A stretch of DNA of 64,000 nt from Planctomycetota bacterium (GCA_002748355.1 PDSF01000049.1:7864-71863); one strand, 5' to 3'. Shown: positions 9,650 to 20,100, numbered from the stretch's first letter. A program made the numbers and translations. The notes: generated by a model not told the origin, from the letters alone.

Positions 9650-11427
9650 CTTGATTGTCCCGGTTGTGGTGCAGGAGCTGTGGTGTCGGCTTCGAATTGA
9701 ACGCCGCGGGAGAGTAATTCTTCGGCTTGTCTGCGCACGGTGACGAACTCGAAAACAAAGGTTGGTTCAAGCTCTCGCCCACAGGCCTGCTCCAGGCAGG
9801 TTTGTAGACGCAGCGCATCAATCGACCGGCCGCCGGTTTCGAAGAGCCCTAGGTCTACGCCCGCCGGAGCCTCGCCAAGGACCTCAGACCAGCAACGTAG
9901 TACGGTTCGGAGCCCTGGGGATGCCGCAGGAAGCTCGTGACGGGGCGCCTTGCACCAAGGAGACGGCAAGCGGTCGACATCGAGCTTGCCGTTGCTGGTG
10001 TGAGGCATCGCTTCGAGCCTCACCCAGTTGTGGGGTAGGAGCTGCTGCGGTAGTCGTTCGGCCGCCAGTTGGCGCGCGCGTGCCAGGGCGAACTCTGGGC
10101 AGACAAGGTAGGCGATCAGCCGAAGCCGCTTCGCCGGGTCCTCGCGGCAGATCACCTTGCAGTGTTGCACGTCCGGAGCGGTGGCGATTACGGCTTCGCA
10201 TTCACTTGGTTCGATGCGGAAGCCTGCGATCTTAACTTGTTCGTCGATGCGTCCGACAAACTCGAAGGCCCCGTCGGGTCGCTCGAAGACAAGGTCTCCG
10301 GTCCGGTATGCGCGGACCAGCTCCCCGCTGTCATCTTCCGTTGTTACGAAGCGTTCGTTGTCGCGGTCCGGGGCTCCGAGATAGCCGTGAGCCAGTCCTT
10401 GGCCCATGACCAGCAGCTCACCCTCCTCCCCGCGGCCGACCGGCTGCAGCGAGCTATCGACGACGCGCACTGAGGTCCCCCGCAGCGGCCATCCGATCGG
10501 GACCCTCTTTTCGTTCTCAGAAAAGCCGCGGGGGATGGGGTAGCAAGTCGTGAAGGTTGTGTTCTCGGTGGGGCCGTAGCCATTGATGAGCTGGGTCTCG
10601 GGGAGGGCTGCGAGCGCCCGCCGGACGTGGCTTGGAGATAGCGCCTCGCCACCGACTAGGAGATAGCGGAGGCCTGAGAGGCAGCTGGCGTCATCGTCGA
10701 TGACGCTGTTGAAGAGCGAGGCTGTCAGCCAGGCGGTATTGATCTGCTGGGATTCGATGATCTGTCGTAGCCCACGCGCGGTCGGCAGATCATGCTCGGG
10801 ATAGAGGACGCAGCGTCCGCCGTGCAGGAGTGGGCCCCAGAGTTCTAGAACCGACGCGTCGAAGCTCATCGGGGCGGCTTGGAGGAAGCTCAGTTCCGGC
10901 CCAAACGGCAGATAGTCCTGCTCGGAGACCAGGCGGAGGATGGCGCGGTGTGGGACGGCGACGGCCTTTGGGGTGCCGGAGGAGCCGGACGTGAACATTG
11001 CGTAGGCAAGCTGCTCTCCGCCGGTCCTTGGTGCCGTTTGTGTGGTGCTGCTTGGCCGTGCTTCGATGCGTTGGAGCTGTGGTCTCGGATCAAAGGTCAA
11101 GTGGCCGATCGCGCCCGAGATCTCAAGCATCTTGGCTCGACGCGCGGGAGGGTCCTTGGGGCTGATTGGCACGAATGCCGCGCCGAGTTCCCAGAGCGCC
11201 AGCATTGCGGTGACCACCTCGGGGTGCCGGTTCGCGACGAGGCCAACGATGTCGCCCCGCTGCACTCCCTCGCTGTCAAGGGTGTGGGCCAGCTGCCCGA
11301 CCTGGCCTGCGAGGTCTTGATAAGTCCAGGTCCTATAGACGGAGCCGTTTGACCAGGCGAGCGCGACACGAGTACGGTGGAGTGCTGCGGTCTGTTGGAA
11401 TTCGGCGGCTAGGTGTTGGTCCGGCAT
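9646..11427 (-). CDS. Stand-alone NRPS adenylation-PCP didomain (starter, Val-like code)
   Basis: FTSGSSGTPKA, FDASVLE, NGYGPTENTTF, YRTGD, NGKLD; PCP FETGGRSI. ATG at 11427 (alternative TTG 11460). Confidence 0.92.
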   Translation of the reverse strand: MPDQHLAAEFQQTAALHRTRVALAWSNGSVYRTWTYQDLAGQVGQLAHTLDSEGVQRGDIVGLVANRHPEVVTAMLALWELGAAFVPISPKDPPARRAKMLEISGAIGHLTFDPRPQLQRIEARPSSTTQTAPRTGGEQLAYAMFTSGSSGTPKAVAVPHRAILRLVSEQDYLPFGPELSFLQAAPMSFDASVLELWGPLLHGGRCVLYPEHDLPTARGLRQIIESQQINTAWLTASLFNSVIDDDASCLSGLRYLLVGGEALSPSHVRRALAALPETQLINGYGPTENTTFTTCYPIPRGFSENEKRVPIGWPLRGTSVRVVDSSLQPVGRGEEGELLVMGQGLAHGYLGAPDRDNERFVTTEDDSGELVRAYRTGDLVFERPDGAFEFVGRIDEQVKIAGFRIEPSECEAVIATAPDVQHCKVICREDPAKRLRLIAYLVCPEFALARARQLAAERLPQQLLPHNWVRLEAMPHTSNGKLDVDRLPSPWCKAPRHELPAASPGLRTVLRCWSEVLGEAPAGVDLGLFETGGRSIDALRLQTCLEQACGRELEPTFVFEFVTVRRQAEELLSRGVQFEADTTAPAPQPGQSS

Positions 11428-11551
11428 AGTCCTGTTGCTTACAGCTGATTTCTGTGCCAACTGTCTATTGCTCTCGACAGTAGTCTTAACCAGCCTTGAA
11501 GCTAGCTCGGAGCTGAAGGGGAAGGGACCGTCTTCCGAATGCTAAAAAAGC

Positions 11552-11590
11552 GGGTAGGAGTAGGGTAGGAGTAGGGTAGCGGTAGAAGGG
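11552..11590 (+). repeat. 11-nt tandem repeat (GGGTAGGAGTA x2 + GGGTAGCGGTA), four G3 tracts
   Basis: Read directly: GGG at 11552, 11563, 11574 and 11588. Confidence 0.8.
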
Positions 11591-11750
11591 TGCTTCCTGA
11601 CGATCTCTGCCATCCGAGGCCATCATGGGGAGATCGATGGAAGCGCTCCGGGGTCCCTAAGTTTGCCCGCGATATTGTATTCCAGCGCGGCAGGTTTCGA
11701 GCTGGTTGCTGAGTCGTTGCTCTCGGCCCATTTCGATGAGTATCGCCGGG

Positions 11751-12305
11751 TTAGCAGAAGACCATTGGGGTGCGCACTTCGCTGGCTTTTTCGACGCCGA
11801 AGAGCAGGCCGACGAGGTTTAGGGCGAAGTCGAAGCTCGTTCCTGGGCCGCGGGAGCTGAGGATTTTGGGGTCCAAGGCGACCGAGTCTTCGACGTAAGG
11901 GCCGGCGAAGGGTTCGACAATGTCGCGCACGGAGGGGTGGCTGGTCATGGTCTTGCCGGCGCCGACGCCCGCGGCGACGAGGACGATGGGGGCGGCGCAG
12001 ATAGCGCCGATCCATTTGTCGTCCTGCTCGAAGCGGCGCAGCAGGGCTTTGACCCGCTCGTCGGCGGCGAGTCGTTCGGCGGCGCCGGCGCCACCGGGGA
12101 GGACGATGGCGCTGGCGTCCTCGTCGCCGCTGAGCTTGCCATCGACGCCGAGGCGGACGCCGCGGCTTGCTGTCACGAACTCGCCTTGGTCCAGGCCGAG
12201 CGCCGCCACCTCGGCGCCAGCGCGGCGAAGGACATCGATCACGATCACAGCTTCCATCTCTTCGACGCCTTCGGCGAGAGGGACGATGACTCGGACGTCG
12301 GACAT
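11751..12305 (-). CDS. DJ-1/YajL/PfpI family protein
   Basis: GVEEMEAVIVIDVLRRAG, LPGG, ICAAP nucleophile Cys, SRGPGT. Confidence 0.92.
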   Translation of the reverse strand: MSDVRVIVPLAEGVEEMEAVIVIDVLRRAGAEVAALGLDQGEFVTASRGVRLGVDGKLSGDEDASAIVLPGGAGAAERLAADERVKALLRRFEQDDKWIGAICAAPIVLVAAGVGAGKTMTSHPSVRDIVEPFAGPYVEDSVALDPKILSSRGPGTSFDFALNLVGLLFGVEKASEVRTPMVFC

Positions 12306-12432
12306 GGCCTCGGATCTCCGCTTGGTGGTGGGGGCAGGCCTTGTTTGAGGGGCTGCCGTTTGCGCTCAGGAATTCTTGAGGAAGAGGGAAACGATTGCTT
12401 GGGCGGAACGATCCTGTCCCCGGAGGAAAAAG

Positions 12433-14208
12433 GTGCAAGGACAAGCTTCGTGGCTTCGCCACTTTGCCTGCGGCCTGTTCGCCCTGCTGCTGCTTTCGAC
12501 ATCGGGCTTACTCGCTCAGGCCAGATTCCAGTCACGCTCGGCAGGGCCGGCGCGCTTCTGCATACCCGGCAAAGGGCTGGGCTCGGTGCTCGTCTACCAA
12601 CAAGGCCGGGTCCTGGGCTTTGGGGAGCTTGTGCCCCTGCTCCATGCTGCGGTGGGCCCGCTCCGAGAGTTTCGCGGCTACGTGCCAAAGGGAGGCTTTC
12701 GCTTGGGCAAGCCCGAGCTGCGCCGTGCAAAGCGTCGGCCGGGGTTAAGGGGGCAGCGTGCCTTGCCGCAGATCAGGATCGGGGCCAGCACCCATGTCTT
12801 CGAGCGAGCCGAGGGGCAGCTCTGTCCGCGCCTGCGCCTGCAGGCGCGGCTGCAGGACCTGCGCGTCTTGGGCGACGCCTATCTCTGGCCCTCGGGGGAG
12901 TGCGAGTTGCGGCTCTTGCTGGAGTTTGATGAAGAGGGAGACGAGATACCCGCGGCCTTGCCCGTGCAATGGGGAAGCCGCCAGCTCTGGCTGGTCGGGG
13001 CGCGGCCGGAGCAGGCACGGCCATGTAGGGAGATTCCTCTCGCGGGCCTTGGGCTACGACCGGGCGACGCCGTGGTGCGGACGCTGCTGAGCAGCGCTGA
13101 TCCGCTGCGTGTGGATCCGAGCTTGCGGGTGTGGTCACCGTCGCCGTTGCGGGATCTACTCGGCTTTGGCTGTATGCGCAGGACGGTGCAGGAGCTGCGT
13201 GCGCTGCGCAAGGTCGCTCGCGATCTGCGTGCTCTTGTGCAGCATTTGCCAGTCGAAGAGGATCCTCTGCATCGTGGAGACCATCGACGGCCGACCGAGG
13301 ATGATGAGATCTGGACCCACGGGGAGTTCGATCTGGGGCTGGGTCTCGAACTCTTCGCCCAGGAAGCGCAGGATACGATGCTGCATGCTCGGGCAAGAGA
13401 CGCGTGCTTGCATCTGCTCGGCCGGGACTTGCTGCCGGCTTCGAGTCTGGGCGAGCAGGGGCTGAGGCTGCCGGCCGTGCACGGAGCCGAGCATGGACGG
13501 GGGCGTGCTGCGGCCGGGCACGTCTTTGTCGAAGGAGCCCTGCTGCATGGGCTCGCCGGGGCCGAACGCTTGCTGCTAGAGCGCATCTTCGAAGTCCTCG
13601 ATGATCTCTGCGAGTTTGCGAGCGGCCGGGCCGGAACGGCCTGGTATCTGCGGGATGTCGCATGGCCCTTGCGCCAGCTCGCGACCGGCTTGCGCGTCGC
13701 GGATCGGGCGGCGTGGCGCCGGGGCGTGAAGCTGCTGCTTGTCGCTCTGCGGGAGCGCTGGGACGAGGAGCTGAGGCTTTTCGACTTTCGTGGAGTGCGA
13801 CGCGGGCAGGACTGGGAACTGGAGCTTTGGCTTTGGTGCGGGCTGGTGCTACCGGCCCTTGACCGGCTCTCGGAGCTGGGAGTAGAGGGCGCGGGGGAGC
13901 TTCGTGGGCAGTTGGTAGAGGCGATTGCCAAGCTGCCCAAGGATGGGGCTGGATTTGCGACGCATTACGCGGCGACCGAGCGGGGGTTGATCACCGCAGC
14001 CTCTGGCAAGAGGAGGAACCTCGCATGCGCCGCTTGGGTCCTCGAGGGGGTCTTGCGACGGGATCGGCGTTTCGCCTCCCGGGCGCGGCGGCTGGAGCGT
14101 TTGCTCTGTCGCAAGCTCCCCTCGGGCCAGTGGGATGCGGCGAGCGAGGCGGCGTTATTGCTGCGACTGGATTGGTTGCGACCGGGGCTCAGGGCGCTGC
14201 GACGCTAA
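12433..14208 (+). CDS. Exported hypothetical protein, possible YetA/PcRGLX-like alpha/alpha toroid
   Basis: GGAGG RBS before GTG 12433; signal-peptide-like N-terminus; WTHGEFD and GHVFVEG motifs weakly resemble the family. Confidence 0.55.
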   Translation: MQGQASWLRHFACGLFALLLLSTSGLLAQARFQSRSAGPARFCIPGKGLGSVLVYQQGRVLGFGELVPLLHAAVGPLREFRGYVPKGGFRLGKPELRRAKRRPGLRGQRALPQIRIGASTHVFERAEGQLCPRLRLQARLQDLRVLGDAYLWPSGECELRLLLEFDEEGDEIPAALPVQWGSRQLWLVGARPEQARPCREIPLAGLGLRPGDAVVRTLLSSADPLRVDPSLRVWSPSPLRDLLGFGCMRRTVQELRALRKVARDLRALVQHLPVEEDPLHRGDHRRPTEDDEIWTHGEFDLGLGLELFAQEAQDTMLHARARDACLHLLGRDLLPASSLGEQGLRLPAVHGAEHGRGRAAAGHVFVEGALLHGLAGAERLLLERIFEVLDDLCEFASGRAGTAWYLRDVAWPLRQLATGLRVADRAAWRRGVKLLLVALRERWDEELRLFDFRGVRRGQDWELELWLWCGLVLPALDRLSELGVEGAGELRGQLVEAIAKLPKDGAGFATHYAATERGLITAASGKRRNLACAAWVLEGVLRRDRRFASRARRLERLLCRKLPSGQWDAASEAALLLRLDWLRPGLRALRR

Positions 14209-14370
14209 GCTGGCTGCTGATAACGTCGTGCGGCGGCGCACAGCGTTTTGGGGTTTTCCTTGGCGTTATAAAGCTTCGGCGAGTCAGTGGATTCACTTAC
14301 GTATTCTGCGGGCCATGCGGCGTCGAGTTCGGCTCTCTGCCGCACGCGGACTTGTAGGTAATGCTGCCTT

Positions 14371-15891
14371 CTAGCGCACGTCGAGCGGCCCGCTCTGCAG
14401 CGGTTTCCCTGGCCTGTAGACAAGGAGCGGGAGGCTCTGTCCGCGATAAAGATCGAGGATCTCTACGAACTCGCTTTCTCCGCCAGTTAAGGGTTTGCGC
14501 CCTTCGAATCCGGTCCAGGAGTGTCGTTGCTTGACCCCGAGGATCAGGTCTCCCTCCTGGAGGCCGAGTTGTTCGGCGGGGCCGCCGCGCTGCAACATGG
14601 TGACGCGCAGGGGGGTCAGTAGGGCCGGCCAGTAATGGTTGCGGCCGTAAAAGGTTTCGTGTGCGGACTTGAGCAGGGCCTTGTTGCGGTTGGTGCGCAG
14701 GGCCTCGACCAGCATGCCGGCGCGCATGTAGATCCGGGAGTTGGTACGCCCCCAAGGGACGAGGGTGAGCTGGTGCTTGGTCTGGCCGCGCAGGATTTCG
14801 AGGGGGATTTTGTCGCCGGCTTCTCTGCGGATCAGCGCTCGGCCGAAGTCCTGCAGCCCCGCGAGCGCCTTGCCCCCGATGCTGGTGATGCGATCGCCGT
14901 GGCGGAGACCTGCGCGCCAAGCAGGGCCACCTTGGGTGACGTTGGCGATGCGCACGCCTTTACTGTGCTCCTCGACGCGCAGTCCGGTCCAAAAGCGGTC
15001 GATGCTGTCGTAGCGAAGCAGGTTGGACTGGAAGACCTCTTTGACTCGGTTGACTGGGATGGCGAAACCGATGTTCTCCGAGGCCTTTTGGGTCAGCGTA
15101 TTGATTCCGATGAGGCGTCCGGTGATGTCGAGGAGAGCTCCGCCGGAGTTGCCGGGATTGATGGCAGCGTCGGTCTGAAGCAGGCCTTCGAAGACGATGG
15201 GCTCGGGTTCTCCTCGCGGATGAATGCGCAGGGAACGGTGGGTTGCGGAGAGCACGCCGGCGGTGACGGTGTTGACCTGACCGTGTGGGTTGCCGATGGC
15301 GACCACGGTTTCGCCGACCATGAGCTGGTCGCTGTTGCCTAGTTGAATGGGGGGGAAGCGGCGCTCTTTGCCGTCCTTGGGCTCGATCACGAGCAGGGCT
15401 AGGTCGTTCTCGTGCGAGCTGCTAAGGACGCGGCCTTCGTAGACCTCTCCATTGCGGAGACTGATGCGGCAGTAGAAGTTCGGACGGACGTGGTCGCGGA
15501 CGACGTGCCAGTTCGAAATGACGAGACCTTCCTCCTCGACGATGACCCCGGAGGCTTCGCCTCGTTTCACGAAGACCGGCTTACCGTCCCGGAGCTGTCG
15601 CAGCTCCCCGACTTGGATGTTGACGACCGAGGGGCCGGCTACCTGCACTGCGCGCACGACCGGGGTGACGCGGGTGTTGATTTCGGGGCCTGTGCGTTCG
15701 GTGCTCATGCGCCCGCGCTGTTGGGTCTTGGCGGTTTCGCTCCGAAGCAGTGGGGATGGGGCCGGCTTGGAAGCTAGCGCGGGTTTGAGGCTGGCGCGGG
15801 GGAGCAGTACGGCGCCAGCAACGGCGCCGACGAGGAAGCTGGCGACAAGGAGGGACCGGGTTCGAATCATCTTGGAAGCCTTCTTCGTCAT
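14371..15891 (-). CDS. HtrA/DegP-like trypsin serine protease with PDZ domains
   Basis: SNWHVV, NDLALL, INPGNSGG catalytic triad; two GGPA..GL..GD.I PDZ motifs. Confidence 0.93.
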   Translation of the reverse strand: MTKKASKMIRTRSLLVASFLVGAVAGAVLLPRASLKPALASKPAPSPLLRSETAKTQQRGRMSTERTGPEINTRVTPVVRAVQVAGPSVVNIQVGELRQLRDGKPVFVKRGEASGVIVEEEGLVISNWHVVRDHVRPNFYCRISLRNGEVYEGRVLSSSHENDLALLVIEPKDGKERRFPPIQLGNSDQLMVGETVVAIGNPHGQVNTVTAGVLSATHRSLRIHPRGEPEPIVFEGLLQTDAAINPGNSGGALLDITGRLIGINTLTQKASENIGFAIPVNRVKEVFQSNLLRYDSIDRFWTGLRVEEHSKGVRIANVTQGGPAWRAGLRHGDRITSIGGKALAGLQDFGRALIRREAGDKIPLEILRGQTKHQLTLVPWGRTNSRIYMRAGMLVEALRTNRNKALLKSAHETFYGRNHYWPALLTPLRVTMLQRGGPAEQLGLQEGDLILGVKQRHSWTGFEGRKPLTGGESEFVEILDLYRGQSLPLLVYRPGKPLQSGPLDVR

Positions 15892-16193
15892 GCTGCTGGG
15901 ATGTCACGCTGCTACGAAAATACCCAGTCCGTGCTCCCGGATCAGTCGGGCGCGAGAAAGCGCTGAGGATAGCCGCGATGCTGGACCAGCCCAGACGTTG
16001 TAGCAGAAGCGCTTGGCGAGGATCTTGGAGCCTCACCGGGGCTTGCTTGGCGAGTTGGGAGTGCTGGGCGCTGCTATCCGGCGAGTTCTGCAGTGATTTC
16101 CTTGTCCTTGGCTTGAACGTCGCGACGCAAATGGCTCGGCCAGAATTCTGCAAAGGATTCGGCCCCGCCGGCTCCCGCTTCCGTAGTGCTTTC

Positions 16194-16307
16194 TGAGCAG
16201 GGATCTCTGGGTGACTCAAGCACCCAGGGAGTGGCTTCGAAATCACCCTCTCACTCGACTCCGTCCCCCGCGTCCGAACGGCCTTGGGCGCGGGGGGCCT
16301 CTTTTCT
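16194..16307 (+). ncRNA. Candidate structured small RNA ending in an intrinsic terminator
   Basis: 10-bp hairpin at 16204-16230, an enclosing stem, then a 13-bp GC hairpin at 16265-16296 with a CTCTTTTCT tail on the + strand, between two minus-strand genes. Confidence 0.3.
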
Positions 16308-16357
16308 GCCTGCCGGAGCCTGGCGTCAGCAAAGACACCGCTGCGCTGCCTGGGCGC

Positions 16358-16969
16358 TCAGGCGAGGTCCTGGTGAGGTCGCATCTTGTCCATCGCTGCT
16401 TGGATGCCCTCGCGAACACCCTCCCGGATCTGCGAGCTTGCTTGATTGGCGAGTGGGATGTTGGGGCTTTCGTTTGGCTCGTCGGGGCTCAAGGCTTCAC
16501 GGAAGACGCGCCGGGCGATGTTTAGGGTTTCCTCGGGGCTCTGACCTTTACGGAGCTTGGTTGTGGGCTCTTGAACGACCTTGGTTTCGCGGGCTTCTTC
16601 ACGACTTGCTTCCGTTTCGGACGGGCCATCGGAGAAGGTTTTGGTTCTCCGCTCTGCTTCTGCCGTTTGCTCTTCGAGGGCATCCGCGGCTCGCGTATCG
16701 GAGTCGACCTTCGCCAGCTTGGCTTTAGCGTCTTCGCGAGGGAATCCCTGTTCGGATTCTGGCTTGGGTTCGACCTCGTGTCGCGAGGCCTCTCGCCCCT
16801 CCGGGGAGATCTCTGCCTCGTCCAGGGTCGTGAAGCCCTTACCCGAGGCGCTTTCTGTAGCCTCGCCTTCGGGCGCGAGAGCCCTTGGGTCGGCCTTGTT
16901 TGGCGAAGCGATGGGTCCGGATAGCTGAGCTGCCCGTTGTTGATCGCTGATCGAGAAGGGGATGTGCAC
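16358..16969 (-). CDS. Hypothetical protein, divergent SprA-related-like
   Basis: AGGAGG RBS 5 nt before GTG 16969; DEAEISPEGR and GQSPEETL..ARRV.REALSPDEP segments resemble SprA-related family proteins. Confidence 0.55.
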   Translation of the reverse strand: MHIPFSISDQQRAAQLSGPIASPNKADPRALAPEGEATESASGKGFTTLDEAEISPEGREASRHEVEPKPESEQGFPREDAKAKLAKVDSDTRAADALEEQTAEAERRTKTFSDGPSETEASREEARETKVVQEPTTKLRKGQSPEETLNIARRVFREALSPDEPNESPNIPLANQASSQIREGVREGIQAAMDKMRPHQDLA

Positions 16970-17182
16970 CACTACCTCCTTGGCCTCCACCCGAGCTGCT
17001 CTTCGGCTCTGTCGCATTGCTTCGGAGGAAAGTTGCGCTCAGGAACTCCGTCCCTGTAGGCGAGCGCTCGTCCGGAGCGAGAACTTGCCTACAGGGACGG
17101 AGGGCCAAAGAAACTCGGTATGGGCTCAAGTCCCTGGCGAGCGGACGGTGCTTTCTCCCCGCACGCTCTGTCTGGCGGCCTG

Positions 17183-20100
17183 CTAGGACTGGGAAGCAGA
17201 GCTGCGGGAGCCGAGCCAGGCGAAGCCTCGTTCTTGTGCCGAGTAGAACAGGTGGAAGAGGGTTGGCACCAGGACGAGGGTCAGCAGTGTCGAAGCGATG
17301 AGGCCGCCGACAACCACGCTCCCCAGGCCGCGATAGAGCTCGCTGCCGGCACCGGGGAAAAGCACGAGCGGCATCATTCCGAGCACCGAGGTCGAGGTGG
17401 ACATGAAGATGGGCCGCACTCGGGTGCGCACCGAGTCCTGAATCGCGTCGTCGAGGGACATGCCTTCGTTGCGGATGTTCTGCAGCGCTTGATGCACGAT
17501 CAGGATCGCGTTGTTGACCACCGTGCCGATCAGGATCACGAAGCCGAGCATGGTCAGGATGTCGAGCTGCTGCCCTGTCCACCAGCTAGTGAGGTCGAGG
17601 CCGACGACTCCGCCGACGCCGGCGAGGGGCACGGAGAGCATGATCACGATCGGATAGAGGAAGCTCTCAAAGAGTGCAGAAAGCAGCAGGAAGGTGATCA
17701 GGATGGCCAGGATCAAGTTCCACTGCAGTGCGGCGCCGGTGGCGGCGAGCTTGTCGGCATTGCCCGCGAGTCGGAACTTGACCGATGCTGGGACCTGGCC
17801 GGCTTCGCGCATGGGACTGAGGATCTCTTCCTGCAGTTTGGCCATCGCCACGGAGAGCGGCATCTTCGGTGGAGCCGTGATGGTGAGCCTGACGGCGCGC
17901 TGCTCTTCAAGTCGGCGGATCGTTGTTGGTGCGGTGGTTTCTTCGACTCGGGCGACTGCCGAGATGGGCACCGTCCGCCCCAGATCTGTCCAGATGGGGA
18001 GCTGGTCCAAGCTCTCGGCAATCTCGCTTTGGGCTTGGGGCGGCATGAGCTTGACATCGAGGGTCAGGCCTTCGGTCCGGTAATCGCTGATGATCGCGCC
18101 ATCGCTCATCGCCCGAACGAAGAAGCCGAGTTCCTGCACGTTGAGGCCTAGATCTCGGGCACGGGCTTGGTCGAGGATGATTCGATATTCGGGAGACTCC
18201 AGGCCGAAGGTCGTGGGCTCAGGGCGAGTGGACCTTGGACCGAAGAGTCCCGCACACCGGCCCAAAACCATCCCCGCGGTCCTATTGATTACGTCGAGAT
18301 CAGGGCCAGTGATCTCGAGGTCGATGCTGTTACCGGAGCTGAGGCCAGGAGAAAAAAGGGAGCTTTGCAAGGCAAAGGCCCTGGTGCCAGCAATGGAGTT
18401 CCCCGCGTACATAAGCAGCTGGGCCAAGGGGGGGACGTTGCTGGCATCAGGGCTCTTTGCGCCCATGAATGCCGTGTTGTTGAAGGTCACGAAGAAGAAC
18501 TGCGAGATGCCTGGTATCTCGCCGTTACCGCGGAACCATGCGGGGCGCCGTAGCTCGGGCGGCAGCTCGTCGGCCTTTTCGACGTAAAAGGGTTCCAAGG
18601 TCGATTCGACTTGCTCGGCTATCGATAGGAACTCGTTGCTGTTGTAGCCCGGCGGTGGAATCAGGAAGCCAAGCACGAGGTTGCGATTGCCATCGGGGAG
18701 ATAGGTTGCTGGCGGCAATAAGAGCCAGGCGAGCAGCAGTGAGCTGAAGGTGATTCCGAGGACGGTGCCCAGCTGCAGTGCGACGTGGCTGTTGATCCAG
18801 GCGACGCTGCGTGACACTTGCTTGGTGAAGCGTTCACCCAAGCCGATGAGCCAGCGAAGGGGCGAGAACCTGCGTTTTCGGCCTTCTTTGTTTCGTCGCT
18901 GCGTCGGCGAGAGGCGGGCGCTGGCCATCGGGATGAAGAGCACCGAAATGGCCAGGGAGGTTGCGACGGCAGAGCTGATCGCGATGGCGATATCACGGAA
19001 GAGCTGACCCGCCTCCTCCTGGACGAAGATGACCGGCAAGAAGACGGCGAGAGTCGTCAGCGTCGAGGCGACAACGGCTCCCCAGACTTCGGTGGCTCCG
19101 TCGTAGGCGGCCTCGAAGGCCCCCTTGCCCATCTGCCGGTGCCGGTAGATGTTCTCCAATACGACGATCGAGTTGTCGACGACCATGCCGACGGCAAAGG
19201 CCAGGCCGGCGAGGCTGACGACGTTGAGGTTGCGCCCCATGGCCTCGAGTCCGAGGAAGGCTCCGATCACGCTGGTGGGGATGGCGACGGCGATGACCAG
19301 GGTGCTGCGTAGGCTGCGCAAGAAGAGGAGTAGAACCCCCATCGCCAGCAGGCCGCCGACCCAGAGGTTTTGGGTTACCAGGCCTATCGCGCTGAAGACG
19401 TATTCGGTTTGGTCGTAGACCTGGCGTAGCTGGATTCCCTTGGGCCTTAGCACTTCCTTATTGATGAAGTCGACGTTGCGTTGCAGGTCCTCCATGACGG
19501 AGATCAGGTTGGTCCCGCTCTGTTTGGTGGCGCTCATTGCGATCGCCGGCTTGCTCATATTGCGGACGACGGCTTGAGCGTCTTTGTGGCCGTAATCGAC
19601 GGAAGCGACATCACCCAGGAAAACTGGCTGCCCCTTCCGCTTTACGATGACGGTCTCGCGGATTTCCGCGAGGGTCTTGTACTTTCCGCTCGTGCGCACA
19701 AGAGCGCTGAACTTCCCGCTGTCGATGCTGCCGCCGCTGAGGTCGAGATTCGTCGTGCGGATGGCCGTGCGCAGCTGGGAGGGAGTGATCTGGCGCGCGG
19801 CGAGCTTGAATGGGTCGACCCTGATTTGGACTTCTCGTTCGACACCGCCATACAAGCCGATCCCGGCGATGCCTTGGGAGCGGCCCATAATCGGCTGGAC
19901 CTCTTCGACGATGAGGGTGCGGTAGTAGGGGAGCTCGGCCGGATCGACCGGTGAGTCGGGAGTGACCTCGAGGATGAACCAGGCGATGGCGTTCGAGCCC
20001 TTGGTCTCACCGCTGGTGATCGAGGGCTTGTCGACGTTCTCCGGGTAGCTGGGGACTTGTTGGAGCTTCTCGTCAACCTCGAAGAGCTTCCTCGCAATGT

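Noticed and set aside
14215-14272. Integron attC-like site (ATAACGTC...GGCGTTAT)
   Set aside because: The ends do not fit RYYYAAC/GTTRRRY, internal pairing is poor, and there is no integrase or cassette array.
16194-16260. Intact tRNA (Ser/Leu/Sec-like)
   Set aside because: Only a T-arm-like piece; no D-arm, anticodon arm or CCA could be folded.
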